This document shows, one piece after another, positions 1 to 12,900 of a DNA stretch of 64,000 nt. Where the stretch lies: positions 3,100,001-3,164,000 of the forward strand of contig OZ287068.1 of the NCBI GenBank assembly GCA_965645245.1, in the 5' to 3' direction. Position 1 is the first letter of the stretch, and each line of letters begins with the position of its first letter. Below the pieces are notes generated by a model. It made no database searches. It was given only the letters and a program-made list of their open reading frames with translations, and was not told the DNA's origin. Position numbers and translations under genes: made by a program. The stretch is from Massalongia carnosa. Taxonomy: Eukaryota.

Positions 1-1291
1 TGCCTTTGCAAATTTCACCTCGGCAGACGAGACGGCCACAGTGATCGATAATCTCAATCACTTTGAGCTACAAGGTCGGAAATTACGTGTTGAATACAAG
101 AAGATGCTACCCTTGCAAGAGCGGGAACGTATTGAACGGGAAAAGCGAGAACGACGTGGGCAACTCGAGGAACAGCATCGGCCAATTGCCAACAATCAGC
201 TTCACAGCCAGGCATCATTGTCTTCATTGTCCTCTCACATGCCCGCAACATCACCTTCGCCAATTTCTTCGCGAAATGAGAAGCCAGGTACGACGATTGA
301 TCAGCATTTCTTACCTCGAGCTAATACATGTCGTCAAGCTGTAGACCTGAACGACCCTCAAACCCTGGCTTTTTACTCGGATCTCTTGCTGTTCAGAGAC
401 GACCTGTCACGTGAAGCTCTCATCTTCCCCTCTGCCCTTTCTCCCAATCAGCGACGTCTGGTGCATACTTTGGCACATCATATGGGACTGAGTCATATTT
501 CTCGCGGTAATGGGGATCAGCGCCAAGTTCATGTAGTGCGTGCACCTCCAGGAAGCAACATCAGTCCCCCGATCCCACAAGTCTCCGCAATTCATTCTGG
601 GGATGCTTCCCGCCGAGGGCTCAACCGAGCTGCCACAATTGACTTCAACGAGGCCAGGAGCGCCGAACCCGGACTGTACAACACACTCCGCGGTCAGCAA
701 TCATCAGGGTTCCTAGGTGTACCGGATTCTCCAGGTGGATTCGGGACGCAGCAGAATCTGCGTAATGCAAAGTCATTTGCGGATTTACGATCATATACTC
801 CGTCTCCAGTCCCATCGTCTGCCAGCTTTCCCCCGGCTCTGCAGTCGAATATCGCCAGGTTTCAAGAGTATGGCCCTGGAAGCGCCGCGTCCATCACGCC
901 CACGCTGACTCCGACCGCTTCAGGCTCAGCGCTTGGTCAGCATCGCGATGAGAGCCTCCTTGTGAACGGACTTGGAGGCTTGTCTTTGGGTGGGAGTTTG
1001 GGACCAGCCGGACCTAATGGAGGCAGCCCGAGGCGTCTACGAGGAATGTTTAATTGGGATCAAGATAATCAATCGCAACCGTCGACGGGACCTATTGGTA
1101 GCAGTCGATCGTTCAGCATGAACTATGAGGACCCGTTGAGGAATGGAGGGCAGAGTTTACCCTTGAGACAACCAAGAGGCCCCGGAGCCGAACGTGGGAC
1201 CGGCTTTTCGCGGCCCCGCCAGAACGGACATCAAGGACGAGGCAGTGATGAGTTGAGAGCCTCGTCTAGCGTGGAGATCATCGTTGAGTAA
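1..1291 (+). CDS. PIN4: RRM + R3H RNA-binding protein (Pin4/Cip2-like), 5'-partial
   Basis: The window opens in an RRM tail (AFANFTSADETATVIDNLNHFELQGRKLRVEYKKMLP), followed by ERERIEREKRERRGQLEEQH and an R3H motif (LSPNQRRLVHTLAHHMGLSHISRG). Probable short in-frame intron from GTACGA at 288 to AG at 338 or 344. Stop TAA at 1291. Confidence 0.8.
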   Translation, partial: AFANFTSADETATVIDNLNHFELQGRKLRVEYKKMLPLQERERIEREKRERRGQLEEQHRPIANNQLHSQASLSSLSSHMPATSPSPISSRNEKPGTTIDQHFLPRANTCRQAVDLNDPQTLAFYSDLLLFRDDLSREALIFPSALSPNQRRLVHTLAHHMGLSHISRGNGDQRQVHVVRAPPGSNISPPIPQVSAIHSGDASRRGLNRAATIDFNEARSAEPGLYNTLRGQQSSGFLGVPDSPGGFGTQQNLRNAKSFADLRSYTPSPVPSSASFPPALQSNIARFQEYGPGSAASITPTLTPTASGSALGQHRDESLLVNGLGGLSLGGSLGPAGPNGGSPRRLRGMFNWDQDNQSQPSTGPIGSSRSFSMNYEDPLRNGGQSLPLRQPRGPGAERGTGFSRPRQNGHQGRGSDELRASSSVEIIVE

Positions 1292-4200
1292 ACGCAAAAC
1301 GGGGGAGTCATGCGCATTTGGGAACTGTTTGGGCATTACCGGAACATGACTTAATGAAAGATGACGACACGACAAGTAGAAAAACAACTATCTGGGGCCA
1401 CCCTACCATCAACTCTGGATATGGTTTTCGTGGCATTTATCTCAGACCTAGGCAGCCCACCATGGATCTCGTGGAATTCGAATCTTCTTGCCGCCTAACG
1501 CTTATGATTTTCGCATTGAATTCTCCTTTTCATCCCGACCGACACCATCGTCGTTAATAATCCGCTCGGCTTCTCGTTCGAATATGTATTCCTCAACTCA
1601 AATTGTACAGGCCTTTTCATTCTCCGAGGAACAGTCGAGTTTTTTTATGGGAAATCCTTTGCCCATGATGGCGGTTGGAAGGTCCATTTCCATTCCTGAT
1701 TTCTCCTCATCAGTCTTTGCGTACGTTCTCCATGATTGTAACGAACATTCGACTCAGGTCAAGACAACCGTTCAGACGAATTATTTGGGTCCATTGTGGA
1801 AGATACGGATGCGGAAGAGAGAAGAATCAAGATTGGTTATCGGAGGCCCTTGTAACTAACTCTCTTTGGGCCAATCTACACGAGGGATTTTTCAAACATT
1901 CGTTTTTGTTTTCTTTTTCCGTACTCCTTCCTAAAAAGAGGGTTTGATGACATATTGGGTTGTTTCTCGCGCTTTTGTCGTACCATAATTTAATAGAGAG
2001 GGGGGGAGAAGTTCACGAAACAGACAGTAAAGATGTTAATTATATTTCTCTCCTGTAATACAAAAAATATCACATGTGTGTGAGCTGTGGTTTGGTGAAA
2101 CCATCAAGTGCTTCAACTCGATCTTCCCCTTCAGACACCTTCCAGGGCTTCCCCTCTCGATAGCTCATCCAAGACAACAATCCCTGTGGAGCGAGACTAC
2201 CTCCGAACGAATCCAATATCCAACCCCCAAAGCTATCCCTCCAGAGCATTACTGGATTCTGGCGCCCATGTCACTTTTGACAAATTGAACATTCTCATTT
2301 CCCTTGGTTTTAGGGGATTTTCTCAAAAGATTTTATTATAGACATCTTCCTCGAGTAACTACAATCATTGCAAAGATTGTTCGGTAGTGCTGATGATATT
2401 GAGATTCTGCTGGTACAGACTTGATACCTCATCCTCTCTCATCCTCAGAACCTTCTTTAACCAGCTCTATTGGTTCTAGGTGCAGAAGCATCTTCGAAGT
2501 TGTAAGTTAAACTCTGGTCGTCGGTTATCTAACCAAGTGTTCTCCAATCTTTGGGGGGGGGTTCGAGGAGTGACTGCTCGTTAATAGTCACGACTCCATG
2601 AAGAAAAGTTCAAGGAAGAAGATATTTAAGGACTATTTCGCAGTTTTTTATGCGATTTTCTTAAGTGTTTTTTGCTATCGTAATTTTCTGAAAAGACTGT
2701 GAAGGATAACCCGGCTTCTTGTGTATTCCTCTCTCTCTCTTGCTCTCCTTCCCTCTTTATACAATATGTATGATAAGTTCTGCTGAGTCGAGTTTACTCC
2801 GTCTACTCTCTTTGCTATTTACTGCTTTTTACAGCTGAGTGCTTCATTCTGTATAGCTTCGTTATACTCTACATAACCTCATACTAAACTAAACTACGCT
2901 GCTCGGCTCATCTCTTTTCTTCCTCGCTCAAGCCTATATTATCTTAGTTTGCTACCCTCAGACTTGACTCGGCTCATTTTATTACTGCAAAATGCAATTG
3001 AAACCCCAGGCAAGATCCGAGTCTCGAGCTCATTTGAAACATTGTCTCCAAAAGACCGATTCTCAAAAAGTAATTCATCTCACAGCATCCAGGCTTTCCA
3101 ACTCCGTAGACAACTCATCGCTTTCATCAGTTTATCATTTTTTTCTGAAATTCAGGGCAAACCAACCGAACCTCACTCCAATATCGGCAGCGATCTATCC
3201 ACCAAGCCTTCATGATTAGTCGAAGTTTCCAGAAAGCCTGCACAGCGCTCTCAACGCTCAGCCAGCTACCGTCGAATGCAAAACCCGTATATCTGTAATC
3301 TGCTTTGAAGAAGATGACCTCGGCTGCGTAGCTGGGCTTTCCAAAAAAAAAAAGATTTCCTGACGGCTTTTTTAGCCAAGCGTCTAGATATAAACACATT
3401 GTTCTTCCAGGTAGGCTAACGAGATACAACAGTGATAACCACCAGAATCAAGCAGTATTATAGAAACCAACGCGGCCGTGCAATAAAGCAGAGCCGCCCA
3501 TATTTCCTGGACCCCTCTCCAACGGTCCTCCCCCAATGGCTCTGGCGCAAACAGTCCCATCATCTAAAGTCCGCCATGCCAAAAGTTTCGCAAAATTCTC
3601 CGACTTCAGCCTTCCAGACCATCAGAGAAAATGAACCGTTTACCTCACCTCACGCACGGTCTTTGCCGTCCTCTACGGAACGAGGAGTCTCTCGCTCCGG
3701 ATCGCCTACTGCGCTGCTCTGTCGCCGCCAAATCCTGTTATGCGGACGGTTGGATAACTAGGTGAACGGGCTCGGAAAAATTTGTCGACCCCTCCGGTAG
3801 GAGGAGATCTCCCATCGGAGTTTTCTTGGCACGATATTCTCTTGGACAAAAAAGCCTTTACAGACTAAACGAAAACACACGGCCTGAACCCAAATCCACC
3901 TACAGGCAGTGCTTTTCTCAAGCGTCTTCTTTTCCCCCCAATCCATCCATCCTTTCTTCCCACTCCCTCAAACTTCTGTCATTCGTTCCGTTTCCATCTC
4001 CTACCTAGGTCCCGATTTATCCAAACACATACATCCCCCCGGTTCCTCAAGTATATTGTATAAATGTATCTCTCGCGTTATGTCCCACACACAATACCAT
4101 CCCAAAATCTTCCCCCCTACCCCCTCCCTTTCTTCGGAGATAAAAACTCCTATATATGGTTTGCTAAGAGTGCATACCTACCCATCTACCTCTGGGGGTT

Positions 4201-4898
4201 TGGCAACCAACCAACCGACCAACCAATCCGTTCGCTAAAGATACCTTCAAACCAGCTGAGGTTGTTCATGTCGTTTATTTTGTAACGAACTGAAAGACTA
4301 GCGAGAAAGAGAGAGAGAGATGTATACCCTAGAGTTTCAGACATACATGGAATCAACAGCTGGGGAATCGTTGCGTGGTGGATGGATGAGTTTATTATTG
4401 GGGGGGGTGGGTTGGGGGGGTTGGCTTTAATTCTGTCGTTGGCTGCGTGCGTTAGACTGGGTGGAAGATGGTAGGCTGATGAGGGAAGAAGTCTCTTAGT
4501 GAAGATGTGCAATTCGACGACGGACGGCAAGTGGGGGAGCTAAAGGGAGAAAAGGACGGAGAGGCTGGAGAAAAGATTGGGGGGGGAGGGAAGTGTCTGA
4601 GACTTCGCCGCATATTCCGCAACACAAGGGATAACTTGAAACTTGCCATATCCGAAGAAGAAGCCTTGGTCCTTATAGCAATGCTGAGAAGCTCTGCATC
4701 CCGATAGCTTGACATCAGTTTGATCCTCAAACCCATCGAAAAGAAGTCCCTTCATTCCTTTCCCTTCACTTGATGCTACAAAGCCACTCTCCATCCCCCT
4801 TTCCAGCCGCATCCCAAGCTCTTCAAAGACCAGACACAGATAACGTCAACCTTTACCCGTCTCATCCGTTACAAGCCACAAACTTGCAGCCCACCCAA

Positions 4899-5661
4899 TC
4901 AAGCATCCCCCTTTCCTTTCTTCTTCTGTTCCACTTTGAGTAGTAGTGCGCGATTGATATGTGGCAATACGCCACCAAATGCAATCGTGGCGCGGATGAG
5001 TGTGTCTAATTCCTCATCGCCACGGATGGCTAACTGCAAATGGCGCGGGGTGATACGTTTTACTTTCAGGTCCTTGGCCGCATTGCCGGCCAGTTCGAGC
5101 ACTTCGGCAGTGAGGTATTCGAGGACGGCGGTGACATAGACAGCAGCTAGAAGCGGGAGATGAATAAGCATTACTTGCTTAGAGACTGTCTGATTTGGGC
5201 TAAGGAAGAAAAGGCAACGCACCTTTTGCGCCGACGCGCATTTTGTTTTGAGTGTTGTTTTTTAGGAAGCGCTTGACACGGCCGCAGGGGAACTATTAGA
5301 TCGGAAATTAAGGTTAGCTAGGAGTAGGTCCATATAATTCAGAAGCTATGATCTCGAAGGCGGACATGACGCGTGAATGTGATCTGTAATCAGTGTAGAC
5401 TTTGAAGCTGAAGCAGCAGAAAAATCTGCTGCTGTGACGTTGTTTCGAAAAGCGTTGCGATTACAGTCGCTGATTGCGACGCGAAAGGTCCATCTCCGTT
5501 ATCGATGGGCGATCCCTCACCAGCAAATCTTGAGAATAACAAATCCAACGGTAAAAACGTACTTGTAGACCCGCCTTCGCACTATGCGACTTCTGGCTCT
5601 TTCCTGGCACCTCCTTTGGACCTGCTTTACCACCAGTAGATTTTCCCTTTCCACCAGCCAT
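4899..5661 (-). CDS. HTZ1: Histone H2A.Z
   Basis: Three exons (5661-5563, 5292-5223, 5146-4899) with GT-AG introns. They splice to MAGGKGK...[97 protein letters not shown], the diagnostic H2A.Z sequence. Confidence 0.98.
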
Positions 5662-7091
5662 CTCGAATTGGGTTTGTTCGACGAGGATTTGATGAATTTA
5701 TGATCGCGTGCACGTAATAGTATAAACACGATCCGGAAGCTGGATGGGAATGTGGAAATATGTTCGAAAAGGTTAGTTGTTGAGATATTTCAAGGTGATG
5801 GCTAAGAATGTCGGAAGGCGGCAAGACGATGTTGTGACTTGTCGTGTCGTTCTGGAAGAATGTTGTTTTTCGCCTTTAGTCGACTATTCCCAATGTGGTT
5901 ACCCTGTTCGGCTGTCACTCCACGTGATTAGTCCAAATCTGTTTTTGTTTTGGCAGTGGCGAGCAAGCAGCGACGGAGACTCCATAATCACTATGTTCTG
6001 TCAGATATCTGCGGGCAGTGAGTCAAGTAGAAAGTTTCGTCTCGTTCAGGGTTTCTGTGTGGTTTGAAGAGGTGCTATTTCAAGATCCTGCGGTTGGCTG
6101 AGCTTATAGAAAACCACTGAGGAAAACGAAGAAGACATTGGTAGAAGTCCTGCCAAGAGTTTCTGAGAACTTGAACGACGCTCTCATATACAAGCTGAAT
6201 ATCAGGTTTAGCAAAGACTGAGATAGAGCATTAATAAACTTTGATGTGTAGAACTGAGGACGATGCTCTCTATCAGTAACTTATGTTGTCGTTGGCGTGG
6301 GAGGATTAACCGAAACTTTACTAGCTACGAATTACGAATACGAGAAGTACAGTTATCGGGCCGTCTATAATCCGAGCCAGGAACTTCTACAAGCAAGGAT
6401 CCTATTGAATTTACGCTCTATGCTACACGGACTGTAGCTTTCAAGAGCCAAAAATAAAACGAAGGTCATGCCCGCAGTCGAACTGAGGTTATTCAGATTC
6501 ATTAGAAGATTCTCAAAACCGAAGGTGAACCACTACACCACACCACCGTTTTGAAGAGAAGATTTCATAATCAGGTCCACGACGGGATTCTCATAGTGGG
6601 TGCTCCCAGCGCTCATTCAAACGCGTTGGATCTAGCCGGAAGAAGATGAATTAGGCCTTGGAGAAACAGACATATCTTTTGAACCGTCGGAGTAGGGATG
6701 ATAGGGACTAGGGTGATCTGATGCAGAGTTGTGCTCATTCCCATTGATGTCTATCATCAAGCAAACAGAACAAGGGAAATTATCTTTCTTCTTTTCTTCT
6801 TTAACAACCTACTGGGAATCTAGTACACTCAAGAGAAGCGTTCGCATTGGAGTGGTCTCGCACTGCAAAGGTTTACAAAGCTTAGTCGACTTGATTGCAT
6901 CCAATTTATTATACCTGTAATCTACCTCTTACATGTATTCCTTACGTATTGAACATGGAAGTGGAGGGCTTTTGTACAACAAATCCTAGGTAACCATCCC
7001 AACTCCATGTTTGCAATATACCAGTATGAGTATTCCTCTTATCAATACCAGCAGATTTCCTAACTCCATCAGCTTCATTCCCTTGGCTGGC

Positions 7092-8373
7092 TTAGATAAG
7101 TTTGTCAAACGCAGGAATAAGGGTTTGTGCAAGCCAAAAGCTAAACACTAGCTTCGGGCCGGTCATGAGTAGCTTGGGAGTTAGGCCTTTGAAGAAACTC
7201 GAGAAGCCCTCGTTCTTCATCATGCTGCTCACAATCTTAAAGCCGCTTTCTGGGTTCTCGAAATTGCGGTTCTGAATACGGGTTTTGATGACGTCTAATG
7301 GTGCGGAGACAAGAAGTGATGCTGAAGCGCCGGCAATGGAGGCCACGAAATTCTGTAACCAGGTTGCTGAATTGTAATCGTTCAATTTATAGAAATACTC
7401 TTTTGCAACTGCGGATCCACCGAAAAGCTAAAGCAGGAGTCAGCAAGTCAAGCCATTTTCTTACAGCGTCTTGATTACTCGAAGCAAGTTCCAAAGCAAT
7501 GCTTTACATACCGCAAATGATCCAGGGGCATTTCGGGCCGCTGTCCAACCCGCGCCTCGGTAAAGACCCATTCCTTCATCTGCCACTATTCGGAATACAC
7601 CTCTTCCTCTAAATGCCTCTGGATTCGTTTGGCGCTTGATCTTTAAGACGTCAAGTGGGAGAAGGATGATTTCGCCGATGCCAATCAAACTGCACAGCAG
7701 CCGTCAGGTTCTATCTTCCAAAGTGCTGCCGCCATTCTTCTCACCTCCCAGCAGTGGCGTGCAACATGGCCTTCCCAGTCCCTTTGCCAAAGGCATTGTC
7801 GAATTTATCTCCATGATGTAGGGCAAGGTAGTCTCGCGCAAATGGTTGTCCCCCATACTTGTATATTCTTTGCAGTATCTTCGAGGTTAATCAGCCTTGT
7901 TGCTCCCAGCATTCTATTCTGTAGAGTCTCAAGGCGCCTAACCTTGTATCCTGCTGCATATCCTAAACCGGGGAATAAAGAGGTGAATTTGCGACCAATT
8001 GTGGCATCTGCATAATTCCTGAATATGACGGTATTAAGTCTCGAGGTGGATTTAATCTGTAGCAATTAGATATGAGAGATATAAGATAATAATAGGAGGC
8101 TTACCTTCCCCTGATTGCTCATCAACCGTTTTGCTGTTGTATCGACCTGGAGCAGGAAATAAGCCTCGATGTAGAAAAAGCTAATGGAGGTATGTTACCG
8201 GGTGAAAGATGGCGAGCTCAGCAATACCAGCGGATCCTGCACAAGTGAGCTTGAGAAGAGCAATCTGTTTAAAAGAAATACATACCTGAACCGAGGAGTC
8301 TTGCGGTTGCTGATTCCTTTTTGAATTCTTTTGCTGCCGCACCAGGAACTAATTCCACCACAGCTGGAGCCAT
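7092..8373 (-). CDS. GGC1: Mitochondrial GTP/GDP carrier
   Basis: Multi-exon gene: KESATARLLGSG, HPVDTTAKRLMSN, LFPGLGYAAGYK, PLDVLKIKRQTNPEAF, PLDVIKTRIQN, FFKGLTPKLLMTGPKLVFSF. Shows carrier PX[DE]XX[KR] signatures and matches Ggc1/Yhm1. Confidence 0.95.
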
Positions 8374-8613
8374 AGTTCCCTTTTTAATATCAAGATAGTT
8401 CAGTGATTTCAGGGAATATAATATAAGGCGAGAACAGTTGACTGACAGCGAAAGGCAAATTAAAAACGATATTTGAAAAGGTGTACTTGTGCAGTTAGAA
8501 AATTGGTTGTGCACCAATTATATTCTGTGCAGGGAGCTCTCTCATGTCGAGCTAGTAACGCTAAGTTAGTAGCTCCAGAGACTCCGGGGAAATATTTATC
8601 CTAGCATACCATG

Positions 8614-8659
8614 CACGCGGGTGACAAAATAAATTGCAACGTGTAAGCGAATTTACCCC
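8614..8659. repeat. Left terminal inverted repeat
   Basis: Exact reverse complement of 9895-9940. An imperfect subterminal extension (TTTCAAxTTTTxATCTCATCATCAA) pairs ~8680-8713 with ~9861-9894. Confidence 0.95.
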
Positions 8660-8712
8660 TGAATGCCCCATCAAAACACCCTCCTTTTTTTCAACTTTTT
8701 ATCTCATCATCA

Positions 8713-9816
8713 ATATCTCGACCCAAAAAGCCTCATTATGATACTCCCACAAAGGCCAAAGTTCAAGGAGCTTATCAATTTCTCATCTCACATGCAATTC
8801 CATTCGATCCACGGGCCATTTTTCAGGAATTTGGCGTGGCCGAGCGCGCGGGCTATAACATCATCAAAAGCGGAGCTTCTTCTCGCACACGTCACAATTC
8901 TTCTCTCGTTGAGACTCGGGGTCGAAAGCGAAAGATTAGTGATGATCAGCTGAAGGAGGCAGATCACATTCTGCAGGATCAAGATCTATAATTGGAAGGA
9001 AAACGCTACACATGGGATGCTTTAGCACAGGAGATTGGGGCCGACGTGATGGGACGTACAATGAAGAGAACTCTTACAGCTGCCTTGAATTATCATAAAT
9101 ATCTAGCCTGTGTCAAAGGGTGGCTGGCAATGGCATCAGAAGAAAGAAGAGAAGAATTTGCTACAGTTATGTTAAATAAATATCCTCGGTCCGAAGACTG
9201 GCATCGCGTACGATTCAGCGATGGGATTCATTTTGGCTACGGGCCTGAAGGACAGTTACGAATCATTCGTAAGCCCGGAACAAGATATCGTTGGGATTGT
9301 ATTCAGCATCGTGATGCACCACCTGAGAAAGATCGTAAAAGAAAGCACTGCTGGGCAGCAGTTGGTTACAATTTCAAGTCGGATATCTACTTCTACGATG
9401 TGCCCAGCAATAGCAATGGAAAAATGACTCATCAGGTGTATATTGACGCTATTCTTGATCCCGTCGTCAAGCCCTGGTTGGAGCGTGGAGATGACTTCGT
9501 ACTTGAAGAAGATGGAGATTCTGGTCATGGCACGGGCAAGACACGAAACGCGGTCAAAAAGTGAAAGTTAGATCACGATTTAGAGCACTATTTCAATTGT
9601 GCTTCATCTCCTGATCTAGCTCCCATTGAAAATTGCTGGCAGCCCGCAAAGCAGCATGTTCGTAAATTTCCTCATTGGGACGATGCAAGTTTGGAGCAGC
9701 TGATTAGGGAGGGATGGGCTCGAGTCAGTCAAGAATTTATCAATGAAAGGGTGTTATCCATGCCCAAAATATTGAAAGAGGTAAAAGATGCAAAGGGGGC
9801 GATGACTGGTTATTGA
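8713..9816 (+). pseudogene. Tc1-like DDE transposase, inactivated
   Basis: One continuous frame: HYDTPTKAKVQGA...ETRGRKRKIS...WHRVRFSDGIHFG...FVLEEDGDSGHG...SSPDLAPIENCW...GAMTGY*. Probable start ATG>ATA at 8713, and in-frame stops TAA 8989-8991 and TGA 9562-9564. Confidence 0.9.
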
Positions 9817-9894
9817 TCTCATGTAATTTAGATGAATTTTATCAGCTATGCAGATGATGGTTGATGATGAGATGAAAATTTGAATAAAAAAGGG

Positions 9895-9940
9895 GGGGTA
9901 AATTCGCTTACACGTTGCAATTTATTTTGTCACCCGCGTG
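9895..9940. repeat. Right terminal inverted repeat
   Basis: Exact reverse complement of 8614-8659. Confidence 0.95.
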
Positions 9941-12900
9941 CCATGCAAGAGTATCTTTGAGAACAAATATTATGTATGCTCTACGACCATGTATGTTAGT
10001 GCTTATGATGCTCAACAGAGATCCTCACCCATAGATTAGAGTGCGATTGTATATCTGGGCAAATTCAACGTTTCTGCGTTATCAATTTCCCGAGCGTAGT
10101 TAACTCCAGACAGCGAGAAAAACCAGTAGCAAACCCAAAGTCAAAAAGTTTACCCACTTAGAGACCAGATTCGATCATTGCTCATTGCGTTTGAAGTACA
10201 CTGTACTGAGGAACAGCCTATTCCCATTCAGAAAATGCTTTTTCTTTAACGATTTCTTCTTTTCGTTTGTAGTTTCCCCTCGATTAGTTTCTACGCAACC
10301 GGCTACAGATAGACGCAAACAGCCTACAGGCCCAAAGCGACGTTTTGGCTGATCAAGCCATTGCTCTAAAGCCAACCCCTGCTCTTCATGCGTAATCACA
10401 ATAGCTTCTTCATTCATCGCTCAAGCTAAGAGACCCTACTTGCCATTTTCTAAAATATATTCCCATGAGCCTCTAGAAAGAGCATCCCATCTCATAGACT
10501 AAGAAAATAACTAAACGCCTAAGCTCAGTATCTCCGGTGTAATCAAATGGGCTTCTATGCACCCAACAACAGTACCTTTCATCGCCTATGGGTTTTCTTT
10601 CTTCGAGTAATCTCCTATCAGCGATTTTATATTTCGCATGGACCGAGTTTCCTGTTTGAGTGGACCATTGGTGTGCCACGTTACATGGCGCAGGAGACAC
10701 ATTCCGAGAAGAAGAATATGAACGGAAATAAATTTTGATGAGGGGATTAGTGATATTGGGCCTTGTGAGGAGTATTATAGGGCTTAGGAACATTTGATCT
10801 GTGACCTGGCACGAGGTGGCAGGGATTTCGTTCTCATGGAGAATCCTACATGACAGCCGAAGGGTGATAAGACCTTCGGAATCAATATCGTTGCCTACAT
10901 TCATGCCTATGCGATTTGCAGGAGGGCCTTTCGGGAGTGAGACCTCACATTTAGGCCTTCTCTCATCCCCTTTGAGAATCGCTCTCTTGGCTTACTTTTA
11001 ACTTGAAGAAATGGAGTGCTGACGCATCATTCATCTCTCTTCTACTTACGCATGAAACCGAATCGATCTTACCGGTCTGGTCTCTTGGTGCAAATCTGAT
11101 TTCACCCAGGAGAGATTAGGAAGTGGTAGTAGTTACCTGTGATTATGAGATTTGGAGACAGAAAAACTCCTTTGTGGGGATGTATGAGACGAAATGAATA
11201 GTATGGCTTTACCACCTATGTTCTACGCAACCATGAGCACACTGATGAGGGGTGATGAATGGCAAAGATGCGTGTTAATGGAAGGAGGTGTGACGCGATA
11301 GATAGATGGTCAACTGAGCAGTGAACACACACAAATGATCGAATGAGTCTACGACTGCATGAACATGTGATGAACTCGACTAGACGACTGCACAATGTGT
11401 TGTCACTATGACTATGTGACAAAGATGATGTGTGTTGAGATGTACGAATGTTGAGGAATAGATGTGTTGAGGGGGATGTAGGAGAAAATGCCAGCAAAAA
11501 GCCCCTTTTATCCCACTCTCAGCTGCACAGGCCTGCCCTGTCACCTGATCATCTATATAGCACGTGTGGCAGTTATGATGATGCTGGAGGGAAATCATTC
11601 GGGTAGTTCTTAAAAGGCTGAGAATGCGCAAAATCGAGAACTTTAGAGTTCGTCGGTCTTTTCCAGCCTCGCTTACAAAAGGATCACGATGAGAAATATA
11701 TATACCTTACTTTACTGTTTACTTTAAAGGCACGGGGAAGCTGCCTAAGGGCTGAAGAGGGTCGCTGTAGGGATCGTAGGTTTGTAGGTCTACGACCAAA
11801 GAAGCATGCTTACTTTGGCAAATATTGGGAGCAAGGATCTCGTAGTATTTTTAGTCATGAGTATTCGGATCAGTTTAACCATCAGGGCCATCGCTTTTGC
11901 TCAAAGAGGAAGTTTCTGCAGACAGTAACACCAAAATATATGCTTCAATAAGCCGAATATATCATGATTGCGAGACAAGCTAATACTCGCACTTGATAGA
12001 AGGATGTTCGGACTGTTAGTAGATAGCCACATCAGTCCTCGCGCTGGCAGGCTGCTGCCTCACCCACTTCTGGTTGTTCTGAACCACGTTGAGCGGAGGA
12101 ACCACAGTACCACAAGCCATCTCTTTAGCAAGGGTAGCGCCTTCGTCATTAAAACAGCATTAAGAAGCGCCAGTATCGTGGATACGTTTACTCAAAAACG
12201 TATAAGACAAGTGTTCATTAATGGATCAATTGCTGCGCACCTCCCACTACTTGAACTGTTGCCACTTTGAAAGAGTCTGATGGCTACGAACATTTTCCGA
12301 GTCACGCAGGAAGGATATCGAAGACGTAAAGTGCTACTTCTCAAAGCCTGGAGAGGAATAGCGGGATCCTAGATCCGCAGATGCAGATGTATGCTAGAGT
12401 ACACCATTATTTGGCCATCGAGAAGCAGGACCAGGTATGTACGAGATACTGCGAAGTCTGTATTTGTTTCTTCTTCCATGTGATTGCCAAGCCGGCTATC
12501 ATTAGCGTGGAAATCTACTTCTAACAACACGGTCGACAATTATTTTGGGGTGCTCCGTACCAATAACAATATCATCGGCTTTCTTCATCGACGATTTTTC
12601 AAGGGGTAAAATCTGACACATTTTAAAAATTTGCCGGATATGGACGACGTTAAAGACTTCCAAGTCGCTCGACCCCTCGAGATCGACCTTGATCTTATCA
12701 TGCAATCTTCAACTTGAAAGCTTAGTAGTTGCTATAGCCTCTAAACCGGAGCTGCTTGTGTGGGAGACTTCATCCGAGTATTTAAGTCATATGATCTATA
12801 CCAATCTTATGGAACAGGCATTCATCAACGTCATTCTGTTGTTCATATTGTTGATGGAATGTAACTAGTGCGCGGTTGTTGATTTCTGGCAAGGGGCAAC

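Larger units (their letters stand above)
8614..9940 (+). mobile_element. Full-length Tc1/mariner(IS630)-type DNA transposon, 1327 bp
   Basis: Perfect 46-bp terminal inverted repeats (8614-8659 and 9895-9940, CACGCGGGTGACAAAATAAATTGCAACGTGTAAGCGAATTTACCCC). CCATG is directly repeated on both flanks (8609-8613, 9941-9945). Internal DDE transposase frame. Confidence 0.95.

Noticed and set aside
2300..3900. Stop-rich stretch with short ORFs, possibly a gene or TE relic
   Set aside because: No recognisable motif, TIR or LTR could be found by eye. Needs a tBLASTx search.
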